In this document: one piece after another, positions 51,593 to 60,981 of the stretch
Numbering within the stretch: position 1 is the first letter of the stretch
Layout: each line of letters begins with the position of its first letter
NCBI GenBank assembly: GCA_005888295.1
Contig: VAWP01000087.1
Coordinates: 19,461-83,460 of the forward strand
DNA from: Actinomycetota bacterium
GTDB lineage: Bacteria > Actinomycetota > Acidimicrobiia > Acidimicrobiales > AC-9
Direction: 5' to 3'
Length of the DNA: 64,000 nucleotides
The notes under the pieces: generated by a model
What the model was told of the DNA's origin: nothing
Seen by the model: the letters and a program-made list of their open reading frames with translations, nothing else
The model's database searches: none
Position numbers and translations under genes: made by a program

Positions 51593-52744
51593 ATGCTGAA
51601 GGACCGCGCCGCCATCGTCGGCATCGGCCAGACGCCGTACGCCAAGTCCCTGCCCGGCTCGGAGCTGTCCATGGCCTGCCAGGCCATCACCGCGGCCCTG
51701 AACGACGCCGGCATCAGCCCGTCGGAGGTCGACGCCCTGTCCTCCTACACGATGGAGCAGAACGTGGAGGTCGAGGTCGCCCGCAGCGTCGGCCTGGGCG
51801 ACATCACCTACTTCAGCCAGGTGGGTTACGGCGGCGGAGCGGGTTGCGCGGTCGTCGGTCACGCCGCCATGGCGGTGGCTACCGGCCAGGCCAACGTGGC
51901 GGTGGCCTGGCGGTCCCGCAAGCGGGGTGCCGCCGCCAGCCGCCCCTGGTCCCAGGTCAGCAGGCGGGTGTCGGGTCCCGGCCAGTGGTCGAGACCCTGG
52001 GGGCTGCTGCGCCCGGTCGACGAGATCGCCGTGCTGGCCCGGCGCTACATGCACGAGTACGGGGCGACACGGGACCACCTGGCCAACGTGGCCCTGGCCT
52101 TCCGCAAGCACGCCAACCGCAACCCCGCGGCGACGATGCACGACAAGATCATGACCCGCGATGACTACATGGCCGCCCGCTGGGTGTCGGAGCCCCTGTG
52201 CCTGTTCGACAACTGCCTGGAGACGGACGGGGCGGTGGCCTGCGTGGTCGTGCGGTCGGAGCACGCAGCCGACCTTCCCCAGCCGCCGGTGCTGATCCAC
52301 GCCTTCGGGCAGGGCCTCAACACCCAGCACCAGACGATGACCAACTACCACCGCGACGACCCGCTCACCGGCCCGGCGTGGGCGTGCAGCCGGGTGCTCT
52401 GGCGCAGTGCCGACGTGGGTCCCGCCGACGTCGACGTGGCCCAGCTGTACGACGCCTTCAGCCCGCTGATCCCCCTCTCGCTGGAGGGCTACGGCTTCTG
52501 CAAGCGGGGCGAGGGCGGGGACTTCACCAACGACGGCAACATCGAGTGGCCCGACGGCGACCTACCGGTGAACACCTCGGGCGGGGGGATGTCCGAGGCC
52601 TACGTCCACGGCTTCAACCTCATCGCCGAGGGCGTTCGGCAGATACGGGGAACGTCCACCTCGCAGGTGGCCGGGGCCGAGACCTCCCTGGTCACGAGCG
52701 GCGAGGGCGTACCGACCAGCGCCCTCCTGCTGCGCCGGCCCTAG
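51593..52744 (+). CDS. thiolase-like Ltp/SCP2-type lipid-transfer protein
   Basis: ORF 51383..52744 from ATG 51593. Motifs: AAIVGIGQTPYAK, LFDNCLETDGA and NTSGGGMSEAY. There is no adjacent DUF35 partner. Confidence 0.8.
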   Translation: MLKDRAAIVGIGQTPYAKSLPGSELSMACQAITAALNDAGISPSEVDALSSYTMEQNVEVEVARSVGLGDITYFSQVGYGGGAGCAVVGHAAMAVATGQANVAVAWRSRKRGAAASRPWSQVSRRVSGPGQWSRPWGLLRPVDEIAVLARRYMHEYGATRDHLANVALAFRKHANRNPAATMHDKIMTRDDYMAARWVSEPLCLFDNCLETDGAVACVVVRSEHAADLPQPPVLIHAFGQGLNTQHQTMTNYHRDDPLTGPAWACSRVLWRSADVGPADVDVAQLYDAFSPLIPLSLEGYGFCKRGEGGDFTNDGNIEWPDGDLPVNTSGGGMSEAYVHGFNLIAEGVRQIRGTSTSQVAGAETSLVTSGEGVPTSALLLRRP

Positions 52745-52749
52745 GCCGC

Positions 52750-53882
52750 CTACTCGCCCAGGCCGAAGATCCGGGCTGCGTTGGCCCCCACGATGCAGCG
52801 CCGCTCGTCCCGGTCGATGTGGGCCATCATCGAGTCGATCGTCTTCCGCGAGTAGGGCCAATCGTTGCCGTGATGGGGGTAGTCGGACGACCACATCATG
52901 TTGTCGACCCCGACGCCGTACCGGTTCTCGACGCCGTTGCGGTCCGTGATGAAGGTCGCCGACATGTTCCGGAACCAGTAGAAGCTGGGCGGCTCGTTGA
53001 TGGGGATGTTGCCCCAGGACCGGTTGCGCCAGTAGCGGTCGTCGATCTGCTCGAGGAAGTGCGGGATCCAGCCCACGCCGGTCTCGATCATGGCCACGTG
53101 CAAGTCGGGGAAGCGCTCGAAGGTTCCGGTGAAGATCAGCTGGCCGATCGTGCTCGGCACGGTCGAGAAGACGCCGCCGAGCCCGGCCACCGCCTTGGCG
53201 TTCGCCTTGGCCGCCTTGCCCCCGTAGATGCCGCCGCTCCCCTTGGCCGCAGCGGCCTCGGCCGCGCGCCGCTGGCTCTGGCGGGCGCGCCGCGACACCA
53301 GGTTGATGTGGATGCACACGGGGATGCCCTCGTCGGATGCGGCGGCCCAGAACGGGTCGTCGGCGTCCGAGATCGAGTCGCCCCCCGAGGGCCAGCACGA
53401 GGTCACGACCCCCTTGAAGCCGCGCGCCTTGGCCTTGCGCAGGGCGTCCACGGCGTCGTCGATGCCTGTCGAGACTCGTCCCACAGGAAGTTGTTGTAGG
53501 CCTCGATGCCGGCGAGGACGAGCGTGTCGTCCTCGTCGCCGAGGAAGTGGCCGACGGTGCGCTGGGGCGGGAACAGGACCTCGGCATCGACGCCGTCGAT
53601 GTCCATGTCCTTCAGTCGCTCGGCGCCGTCATAGCAACCTCGCCTGGCGTCGTCGTAGGTGACGCCCGTCCAGCGGAACTCGTCGAACGGCTTCCCCGGG
53701 GTCGACACCAGGCCGATCGGATCGGGATCGGCGAAGCCGGCGAACTGCCAGGCGTCGCCCCCGTCGACGTCCTTGACCAGCTTCGGCGCCTTGTCTTGGA
53801 GCTCCTTCGGCAGCCAGTTCCGCCAGATGTCAGGGGGCTCGAGGATGTGGCAGTCGGCGTCGACGATGTCGTAATCGGCCAT
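52750..53882 (-). pseudogene. amidohydrolase_2 (ACMSD/LigW-like) family protein, split by a frameshift near 53472-53476
   Basis: MADYDIVDADCHILEPPDIW..GIEAYNNFLWDE (ORF 53403..53882) continues in another frame as STGIDDAVDALRKAKARGFKGV..WSSDYPHH (ORF 52750..53484). The span is 1133 nt. The intact paralogue at 62591..63781 has 19 residues (CGSHPGRFIPLSIPPIWDP) at the equivalent position. Confidence 0.75.
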
Positions 53883-53962
53883 GAGCGCTGACGTCCTTCC
53901 AGATCGACGTCCTCGGCCCCACGGTCTCGGAGCGAGGAATCCCCTCCAAGTCTCTGTCTGCC

Positions 53963-53976
53963 TGACGCGCGTGTCA
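53963..53976. promoter_or_regulatory. candidate TetR operator TGACGCGCGTGTCA
   Basis: It lies in the divergent region between the amidohydrolase pseudogene and the double CoA-transferase, 26 nt upstream of ATG 54002. Confidence 0.4.
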
Positions 53977-54001
53977 ACTTTCTGCGCCTATCGTTGCCTC
54001 C

Positions 54002-56332
54002 ATGGCCGAGCGTCTCCTGCAAGGGATCCGGGTGGTCGACCTGGCCGCTGCGCCAGCCCAAATGACGGGGCGCATCCTCGCCGATCTGGGCGCCGAGCTG
54101 GTCAAGGTCGAGCCGCCAGGCGGGGACGCGGCGCGCGCCGAGACGGTGCGCTTCGCGGCCTGGAACGCCGGCAAGACGTCGGTCGTCCTCGACGCCGAAG
54201 ACCCCAAGCTGGCCGAGCTGCTCCGCGGCGCCGACGTCGTCATCTCGACCCCGGGCTGGGTCGAGGGGCCGTCGCCCGATCCGGGACTGGCGCCCGCGGC
54301 GGTCTGGGTCAGCATCACACCCTTCGGCCTGGACGGACCGCGAGCCGGGTGGCGGGCCACCGACCTGGGCATCATGGCCGCCAGCGGCAACATGTACGCC
54401 ACGGGGGACGGCGACCGCCCACCGGTGCGCTGCACCCAGCCGTCGGGCTACGCCCATCTCGGCGCCGAGGCGGCGATGGCGGCCCTCACCGCCCTGGCCT
54501 CGGGTCGCCCGCAGCGGGTGGACGTCGCGGCCCAGGAGGCGGTGATGGCGGCCGACATGTGCGCGCCGGCGACGTTCGTGCGGACGGGGGCGCGCGGCGC
54601 CCGCCGCGGGGCCAACATCGGCCGCAGCCGGGAGATCTGGCCGTGCCGTGACGGGTTCGTCTCGTTCGGGTTGCGCGGCGGCAAGGCGCGGGTGCCGAGC
54701 CTGCAGACCATCACCCGTCTCGTCGCCGACGCGGGGGTGGCCACACCGGCTCTCACCGAGCGGGACTGGACGAGCTTCTCCCACGTCACCGCCACCGACC
54801 AGGAGCTGGCGGCCATTCAGGAGCCGATCGCGGCGTACTTCGCCAGCCGCACGATGGCGGAGCTGTACGAGGTGGCCTGCGAGACGAACCTGATGCTCGC
54901 CCCGGCCAACACCCCGCCCCAGATCTACGACAGCGCCCAGCTGGCGGCACGGGAGATGTTCGGACCGCTCGGTGACCACGACAGGTTCCCGCTCCGGTTC
55001 GTGCTGGCGCGGGGGGCCGAGGGGGCTGCCGTCCCGGCGACGGCGCGAGGTACTGCCCCCGCCGAGCCCGGCGCCGGCCACCTGCCGCGCTGGGACGAGC
55101 GACGGCCAGCGGTGCCGTCCTCCGGCGGTGACGCCCGGCCGGCCTGGGCCGGGACCAAGATCCTCGAGCTCGGGTCGGGCGCCGCCGGCCCCATCGCCAC
55201 GCGGTACTTCGCCGAGCACGGCGCCACCGTGATCCGCATCGAGTCGCCCAGCCGGCCCGACTTCCTACGCGTCTATGCCCTCGGGCCCGACAACCCCCAC
55301 GGGCTCGAAGGCTCGACCCTCTTCGACGGGCTCAACCCGGGCAAGCTCAGCGTGACCTTGAACCTCAAGCACCCCGACGGTGTCGCCCTGGCCCGCCGCC
55401 TGGTGGCCTGGTCGGACGCGGTGGCGGAGAACTTCGCGCCGAAGGCCATGCGGGGCTTCGGCTTGGACTACGACAGTCTGGTCGCGGACAAGCCCGACCT
55501 GGTCATGGTCAGCGCCTGCCTCAACGGCCAGACCGGACCCCACCGCGACTACCCCGGGTTCGGCGGGCAGGGCGCCGCCCTGTCGGGCTACAACGCTCTC
55601 ACCGGCTGGCCGGACCGGGAGCCGGTGGGGCCCTTCGGCACCATCACCGACTCCCTGTCACCGCGCTTCGTGGCCACCGCCCTGGCCGCCGGGCTCCTGT
55701 ACCGCCGGCGCACCGGGCGCGGCATCTACCTCGACGTGTCCCAGGTGGAGGCGGCGGTCTACACCCTCTCGCCCTGGCTGCTCGAGTACTCGGAGACCGG
55801 TGTGGTCGCCGAGCGTGACGGCAACCGCTCCCCTCGCGCCGTCCCCCACGGGGCATTCCCCTGCCTCGGCGACGACCGCTGGGTCGCGGTGGCGGTCTGG
55901 GACGACAAGGAGTGGGCCCGGCTGGCCGGTCTCGTCGGGGTGGACGACTCCTCGCTGTCGACCCTCTCCGCCAGGCTGGCGCGAGTCGACGAGGTGGAAG
56001 CGGCCGTGGCGGCCTGGACCTCGTCTCGTCGTGTCGACGACATCGTCGACACCCTCCAGGGCATGGGCATCGAGGCCGTCCCGGTGCAGGACTTCGGCGA
56101 CGCCGTCGCGGATCCGCAGCTCGCCGCCCGCGGGCATTTCGTCACCCTCACCCACCCGGCGATGGGCGAGGGCATCTACGAGCGCAACGGGTTTCGGCTG
56201 AGCGACGCGCCGTCAGGCTACGGGCGCACGGGCCCCACGCTCGGGCAGGACAACGACCACGTCCTGCGGGACATCCTCGGACTGAGCGCGACAGAGATCG
56301 ACAAGCTCCACGCCGACGGCGCCTTCGACTGA
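54002..56332 (+). CDS. tandem-fused double family III (CaiB/BaiF) CoA-transferase (776 aa)
   Basis: Two complete CaiB-like halves: IRVVDLAAAPAQMTGRILADLGAELVKVE.. and KILELGSGAAGPIATRYFAEHGATVIRIE..AENFAPKAM. Confidence 0.85.
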   Translation: MAERLLQGIRVVDLAAAPAQMTGRILADLGAELVKVEPPGGDAARAETVRFAAWNAGKTSVVLDAEDPKLAELLRGADVVISTPGWVEGPSPDPGLAPAAVWVSITPFGLDGPRAGWRATDLGIMAASGNMYATGDGDRPPVRCTQPSGYAHLGAEAAMAALTALASGRPQRVDVAAQEAVMAADMCAPATFVRTGARGARRGANIGRSREIWPCRDGFVSFGLRGGKARVPSLQTITRLVADAGVATPALTERDWTSFSHVTATDQELAAIQEPIAAYFASRTMAELYEVACETNLMLAPANTPPQIYDSAQLAAREMFGPLGDHDRFPLRFVLARGAEGAAVPATARGTAPAEPGAGHLPRWDERRPAVPSSGGDARPAWAGTKILELGSGAAGPIATRYFAEHGATVIRIESPSRPDFLRVYALGPDNPHGLEGSTLFDGLNPGKLSVTLNLKHPDGVALARRLVAWSDAVAENFAPKAMRGFGLDYDSLVADKPDLVMVSACLNGQTGPHRDYPGFGGQGAALSGYNALTGWPDREPVGPFGTITDSLSPRFVATALAAGLLYRRRTGRGIYLDVSQVEAAVYTLSPWLLEYSETGVVAERDGNRSPRAVPHGAFPCLGDDRWVAVAVWDDKEWARLAGLVGVDDSSLSTLSARLARVDEVEAAVAAWTSSRRVDDIVDTLQGMGIEAVPVQDFGDAVADPQLAARGHFVTLTHPAMGEGIYERNGFRLSDAPSGYGRTGPTLGQDNDHVLRDILGLSATEIDKLHADGAFD

Positions 56333-56343
56333 GACTCGTCGGC

Positions 56344-56844
56344 TCAGGCCGAACGGTGGATGAGGTTCATCCTCGAGGTGAGCACGGGCTCGCCCGTCCG
56401 CTCGTCGGTGTAGCGGGTCTCGGAGACGAGGAAGGTCATGGTCTTCCCCCTGCTCTCCTTCTCGTACACGTCGGTGATGCGGCCTTCGGTCACGAGGACG
56501 TCTCCGACGACGACGGGGCGGTGGTACTCGAACTCCTGCTCGCCGTGCAGCACCAGCCCACCCTGGGCCATCAGGCCCCCGATCACCTTCATGACGGCGC
56601 CGCTGTCCGCCTCCGGATCAGGCGGCGGCTGGTTCTCCGGAAAGGTGCCCCAGTGCGCCATGGCGAAGCCGAAGGTCGGCGGGGCGGGGATGGACTCGAA
56701 CCCGGCATCGACGGCGACCCGGACGTTCTGGTAGATGGGGCTCTCGTCCTTGATCGCCTTGGCGAAGTTGGACACGGGTCCCCGCTCGACGGCGAGGCGA
56801 GAGGATCCGGTCTTCTTCCCGATGACGCTGGTGTCGGCAGCCAT
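56344..56844 (-). CDS. MaoC-like / FAS1-like (R)-hydratase N-terminal-type hot-dog protein
   Basis: ORF 56344..56892 from ATG 56844. Motifs: FAKAIKDESPIY, PAPPTF and LHGEQEFEYHRPVVVGD. Confidence 0.75.
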   Translation of the reverse strand: MAADTSVIGKKTGSSRLAVERGPVSNFAKAIKDESPIYQNVRVAVDAGFESIPAPPTFGFAMAHWGTFPENQPPPDPEADSGAVMKVIGGLMAQGGLVLHGEQEFEYHRPVVVGDVLVTEGRITDVYEKESRGKTMTFLVSETRYTDERTGEPVLTSRMNLIHRSA

Positions 56845-56947
56845 GGCGTGACGGTAGGGCGACGGTGCCGGGCCCGCAAGCCCGGACGACACGGGCGGTA
56901 ACCCTCTCCGCTCGGGTTGCCCGGACCCGGGGACCCGCCTACGTTTG

Positions 56948-56961
56948 TGACGTAGACGTCA
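56948..56961. promoter_or_regulatory. candidate TetR operator TGACGTAGACGTCA (perfect palindrome)
   Basis: It sits in an AT-richer stretch 24 nt upstream of ATG 56985, in the divergent region shared with the MaoC gene. Confidence 0.45.
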
Positions 56962-56984
56962 GGTTTGAACTGGAGGATTCCCGC

Positions 56985-57917
56985 ATGCCGCTGCTCGCAG
57001 ACAAGGTCGCCATCGTCACCGGCGCCGGCCACGGCGTCGGCCGCGGCGAGGCGCTCGAGCTCGCCGCCGAGGGCGCCAAGGTGGTCGTCAACGACCTCGG
57101 CGGCTCGGTGGGCGGCGGGGGCGCCGACAAGCGGCCGGCGGAGGAGGTGGCGGACCTCATCCGGAGCCGGGGTGGCGAAGCCGTCGCCAACTACGAGGAC
57201 GTGGCCGACTGGAAGGGCGCCCAGAGCCTGATCCAGCAGGCGGTGGACGCCTTCGGGCGGCTCGACGTGCTGGTGAACAACGCCGGCATCCTGCGGGACA
57301 AGATGATGTTCTCGATGACCGAGGACGACTTCGACTCCGTCATCAGGGTCCACCTCAAGGGCACGTTCTCCACCACGCATCACGCGTCGGTGTACTGGCG
57401 GGAGCAGTCGAAGGCGGGTACCCAGCCGCGGGCCGCCGTGGTCAACACCGTCTCGAGCGCCGGTCTTCAGGGCAACGTCGGCCAGGCCAACTACGGCGCG
57501 GCCAAGGCCGGCATCGCCTCCCTCACCATCATCACCAGCCTCGAGCTGGCCCGCTACGGGGTGCGGGCCAACGCCATCGCCCCGGGGGGCATGACCCGCA
57601 TGTCGGGGGCGATCGTGAAGGACATGGAGCTGAAGGAGCCGGAGCAGTACGAGGAGTTCGACCCCATGAACCCGGGCAACTCGGCACCCATGGTGGCCTG
57701 GCTGGCTTCGGACGACGCGCTCCACGTGACGGGCCAGGTGTTCCGGGCCGTCGGCTCGTCGATCGCCCACTACGTGCCGTGGACCCTGGGCGAGGGCATC
57801 GACACGCCGGGAGAGCCCGCCAAGTGGAGCCCGGCCGACATCGGCCCCGCCATCAACGCCTCGGTGTTCCATTCCCGCCATCCGGGCCTGCAGATGGGCC
57901 GGGGACGCGGCAGATAG
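56985..57917 (+). CDS. SDR oxidoreductase, MFE-2/Hsd4A-N-terminal-like 3-hydroxyacyl-CoA dehydrogenase
   Basis: ATG after TGGAGGA. Motifs: VTGAGHGVGRGEAL, NNAGILRD and YGAAKAG. Confidence 0.85.
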   Translation: MPLLADKVAIVTGAGHGVGRGEALELAAEGAKVVVNDLGGSVGGGGADKRPAEEVADLIRSRGGEAVANYEDVADWKGAQSLIQQAVDAFGRLDVLVNNAGILRDKMMFSMTEDDFDSVIRVHLKGTFSTTHHASVYWREQSKAGTQPRAAVVNTVSSAGLQGNVGQANYGAAKAGIASLTIITSLELARYGVRANAIAPGGMTRMSGAIVKDMELKEPEQYEEFDPMNPGNSAPMVAWLASDDALHVTGQVFRAVGSSIAHYVPWTLGEGIDTPGEPAKWSPADIGPAINASVFHSRHPGLQMGRGRGR

Positions 57918-57922
57918 CCTCA

Positions 57923-58020
57923 GCCAACACGGCCGGCCCGGGAGGCCGGACCAGAGCCAACACGGCCGGCCCGGGAGGCCGGAGCACAGCGAACACGGCC
58001 GGCTGCGAGGCCGGCCCACA
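57923..58020 (+). repeat. REP-like GC-rich palindromic element, three 33-bp units
   Basis: gccaacacggccggcccgggaggccgga occurs at 57923 and 57956, with a diverged third unit gcgaacacggccggctgcgaggccggcc at 57989. Confidence 0.7.
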
Positions 58021-58034
58021 GACAGGGAGGACGA

Positions 58035-58952
58035 GTGGGGCTGCTCGACGGGAAAGTGGCGATCGTCACCGGCGCCGGTCGGGGGATCGGCCGGGCCGAG
58101 GCGCTCCTACTGGCGTCGGAAGGCGCCAGTGTCGTCGTCAACGACCTGGGCGGAGACTGGACCGGCGAAGGCAAGGACGACCGTCCCGCTCAGCAGGTCG
58201 TCGACGAGGTGGAGGCGACCGGCGGCACCGCCGTCGCCAACTACGACGACGTCGCCAGCTGGGAGGGCGCCCAGGGCCTCATCGGCCAGGCCGTGGACAC
58301 CTACGGCGCCCTCGACGTGCTCGTGAACAACGCTGGCATCCTGCGGGACAAGATGTCGTTCAACATGACCGAGGACGACTGGGATGCCGTCGTCAAGGTC
58401 CACCTCAAGGGTCACTTCTGCCCGTCGCGCTTCGCCGCCGCCCACTGGCGCCAGCGCTCCAAGGAGACGGGTGCCCCGGTCCGCGCCGCCATCGTCAACA
58501 CGGCGTCGGAGTCAGGTCTCTACGGCAACGCCGGTCAGCTCAACTACGCGGCGGCCAAGGCCGGCATCGCGGCCATGACGGTCGTGCTGGCGCGCGAGCT
58601 CGAGCGTGTCGGCGTCCGAGTGAACGCCATCGCCCCTGTCGCCCGGACCCGGCTGACCGAGTCGCTGAGTGGGGGGTTCATGGAGCAGAAGGAGGGCGAC
58701 TTCGACCGCTTCGCCCCGGAGAACGTCGCCCCCGTGGTGGCCTGGCTGGCCTCCGACCTGGCGGCCGGGGTCTCCGGACAGGTCGTCAAGGTCCAGGGTG
58801 GCGTGCTCCAGCTCGTCCAGGGGTGGCGCCCGCTCACCGAGGTCAAGGCGGACAAGCCCTGGACCGTCGACGCCGTCGACGAGGCCCGCTCAGCCCTCTT
58901 CGCCCGCTCGGAGGCGGGTGTGCCGCCCTTCATGTTCGAGGTCGGGGGCTAG
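58035..58952 (+). CDS. SDR oxidoreductase, paralogue of 56985..57917
   Basis: GTG after GGGAGGA. Motifs: VTGAGRGIGRAEAL, NNAGILRD and YAAAKAG. Confidence 0.85.
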   Translation: MGLLDGKVAIVTGAGRGIGRAEALLLASEGASVVVNDLGGDWTGEGKDDRPAQQVVDEVEATGGTAVANYDDVASWEGAQGLIGQAVDTYGALDVLVNNAGILRDKMSFNMTEDDWDAVVKVHLKGHFCPSRFAAAHWRQRSKETGAPVRAAIVNTASESGLYGNAGQLNYAAAKAGIAAMTVVLARELERVGVRVNAIAPVARTRLTESLSGGFMEQKEGDFDRFAPENVAPVVAWLASDLAAGVSGQVVKVQGGVLQLVQGWRPLTEVKADKPWTVDAVDEARSALFARSEAGVPPFMFEVGG

Positions 58953-58955
58953 CGC

Positions 58956-60146
58956 GTGCGCCTGGCCTGGGGGCCCGACGTCGACGCGTTCCGCGCCGAG
59001 CTGGTCGAGTTCCTCGAGGAGCACGCTCCCCCTGAGGCCAAGGCCCTCAAGAACTTCGGCAGCCTGTCCGACAGCGGCGACCACGACGGCGAGTCGATCA
59101 TCCCCGACTGGGCTCGGCGCTGGCAGGCGATGTTGTTCGACCACGGCTGGATGATCCCCGGGTACCCGCGTCACCTCGGGGGCCGTGACGCCACCCCGGT
59201 GCAGACGCTCGTCTACCTGCAGGAGATGTCGGCCAGGGGCGTGCCGCGCTCGGTGCACTTCCCCGGCTACGCCATCGTCGCGCCCAGCCTCCTGGAGTTC
59301 GGCGACGACAGCCAGCGCCAGCTGGCGCCTGCGGCGATCCGGGGCGACGACGTGTGGTGCATCGGCATGAGCGAGCCGAACGCCGGTTCCGACCTGGCCG
59401 GCCTCCAGACCAGGGCCGTCCTCGACGGCGACACCTTCGTCGTCAACGGGCAGAAGGTGTGGACGTCCTACGCCATGGTGGCCGAACGGTGCTTCTGCTA
59501 CGTCCGCACCGACCCCGCCGCGCCGAGGCACCAGGGCATCAGCGTGCTCATCATCGACATGGACACGCCGGGCATCGAGGTCAGGCCCCTCCGGCAGTTC
59601 TCCGGGGCTGCCCATTTCGCCGAGGTGTTCTTCACCGACGTCGTCGTGCCCGCCACGAACCTGGTTGGCGAGGTCAACGACGGGTGGCGCATCACGATGG
59701 GCTCGCTGGCGCACGAGCGGGGCGGTCTCTGGGTCCAGTCGGTGTCGCTGCTGGAGTCCACCCTGGACGACCTGGTCTCCCTGTGCCGCCGCCGCGGGCT
59801 GACCACCGACGCGGGAGTCAAGCGGCGGCTGGCCGAAGCGTACGAGCAGGTGTCGAGCTTGCGGGCGCTCGGCTACAAGGGCTTCACCAGCTTCGCCCGC
59901 ACCAGCTCGGCGCCGGAGCACTCCTACCTCAAGCTGGCGACCTCGGAGCTTGGCAAGTCCCTCTACGAGCTGGGCATGGAGCTCCTCGGACCCGACGGGG
60001 TCGTCGTCGACGCCGAGCGTGGAGAGGAAGGGGGCCGCTGGGTGCGGGGCTACTTCATGAGCTTCGCCAACACCATCGCCGGCGGCAGTTCGGAGATCCA
60101 GCGCAACATCATCGCCCAGCGCGTCCTCGGTCTCCCCAGGAGCTGA
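58956..60146 (+). CDS. acyl-CoA dehydrogenase
   Basis: 396 aa with SEPNAGSDLAG and GGSSEIQRNIIAQRVLGLP. Confidence 0.9.
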   Translation: MRLAWGPDVDAFRAELVEFLEEHAPPEAKALKNFGSLSDSGDHDGESIIPDWARRWQAMLFDHGWMIPGYPRHLGGRDATPVQTLVYLQEMSARGVPRSVHFPGYAIVAPSLLEFGDDSQRQLAPAAIRGDDVWCIGMSEPNAGSDLAGLQTRAVLDGDTFVVNGQKVWTSYAMVAERCFCYVRTDPAAPRHQGISVLIIDMDTPGIEVRPLRQFSGAAHFAEVFFTDVVVPATNLVGEVNDGWRITMGSLAHERGGLWVQSVSLLESTLDDLVSLCRRRGLTTDAGVKRRLAEAYEQVSSLRALGYKGFTSFARTSSAPEHSYLKLATSELGKSLYELGMELLGPDGVVVDAERGEEGGRWVRGYFMSFANTIAGGSSEIQRNIIAQRVLGLPRS

Positions 60147-60248
60147 GCCCGTGGCCGACCTCGAGACGCTCCCCTACCGCGAAGCGGACGACATGGCCCG
60201 GAGGGACCCCGGGCACGACTTCGCCCGATAGGCGCGGCCGTCGCCCGT

Positions 60249-60953
60249 TCAGCGGCGGCCACGTCCCCCGGTGGGCGCCCGACGAGCCGGCCGCCCACCG
60301 AATATCCCCGTGTGCAGCACGGCCGCCAGCGTGTCCACGGCCGCGGCGTCGTCGACGGGCAGGCCCCTGGACAGCACGAAGTAGTTGACGCGCTCGAGCA
60401 TGCCGATGAGCGCGAAGGCAGCGGGTGCGGGGTCGATGCCAGGCGGACGCGATGCCTCCGCGATGCGGTCGGTCAGCTTGGAGGTGATCCTGCGAAGCGA
60501 CCGCTGGCCCAGACGGGCGAGTGCCGGATCGGCGATCTGGCTCTCGCTCCACGCGCGGACCACCGGCCCGTAGCGCCGGTACACGTCGACGAAACGCTGC
60601 ACCCACGCCCGCAGCTGCTCCCGGCCATCGGCACCCGGACCGACGGGCCCGAGGCCGTCGGCCAGCGCCTCCATCTCGGCGGCACACTCCTTGGCCAACG
60701 CGGCGAGGAGGTCCTCCTTGCTGGCGAAGTACAGGTAGAAGGTCCCGTGTGAGGTGTCGGCCATGCGCACGATGTCGTCGACCCGCGTCGCTGCGTACCC
60801 GATGGTCTCGAACGACCTGAGCCCGGCGTCGAGCAGGCGGGCGACCGTGCGCCGGCCCTGGGCCCGCAGGTCGCGTTGCTGTGCCGGAGTGCCGCCGGGG
60901 CGCACGAGGGCCTTTCGCCGAGGAGCCTGTCGATCCGGATAGTCTGACGTCAC
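60249..60953 (-). CDS. TetR/AcrR family transcriptional regulator
   Basis: The HTH region is RRTVARLLDAGLRSFETIGYAATRVDDIVRMADTSHGTFYLYFASKEDLL. Start taken at GTG 60953; GTG 60977 is an alternative. Confidence 0.85.
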   Translation of the reverse strand: MTSDYPDRQAPRRKALVRPGGTPAQQRDLRAQGRRTVARLLDAGLRSFETIGYAATRVDDIVRMADTSHGTFYLYFASKEDLLAALAKECAAEMEALADGLGPVGPGADGREQLRAWVQRFVDVYRRYGPVVRAWSESQIADPALARLGQRSLRRITSKLTDRIAEASRPPGIDPAPAAFALIGMLERVNYFVLSRGLPVDDAAAVDTLAAVLHTGIFGGRPARRAPTGGRGRR

Positions 60954-60957
60954 GTCA
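60945..60957. promoter_or_regulatory. candidate autoregulatory operator TGACGT-C-ACGTCA, with a further ACGTCAC copy at 60971..60977
   Basis: Palindrome with a 1-nt centre at the TetR start, in the divergent region shared with the acyl-CoA ligase gene. Confidence 0.4.
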
Positions 60958-60981
60958 CCCGTGCGCCCGCACGTCACCAGG

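Noticed and set aside
57923-58020. Possible mini-CRISPR array (three ~33-bp repeats)
   Set aside because: The units are contiguous, with no unique spacers between them. There are only 2-3 copies, no cas genes are in the window, and the same unit occurs at other gene ends. It behaves like a REP-type element.
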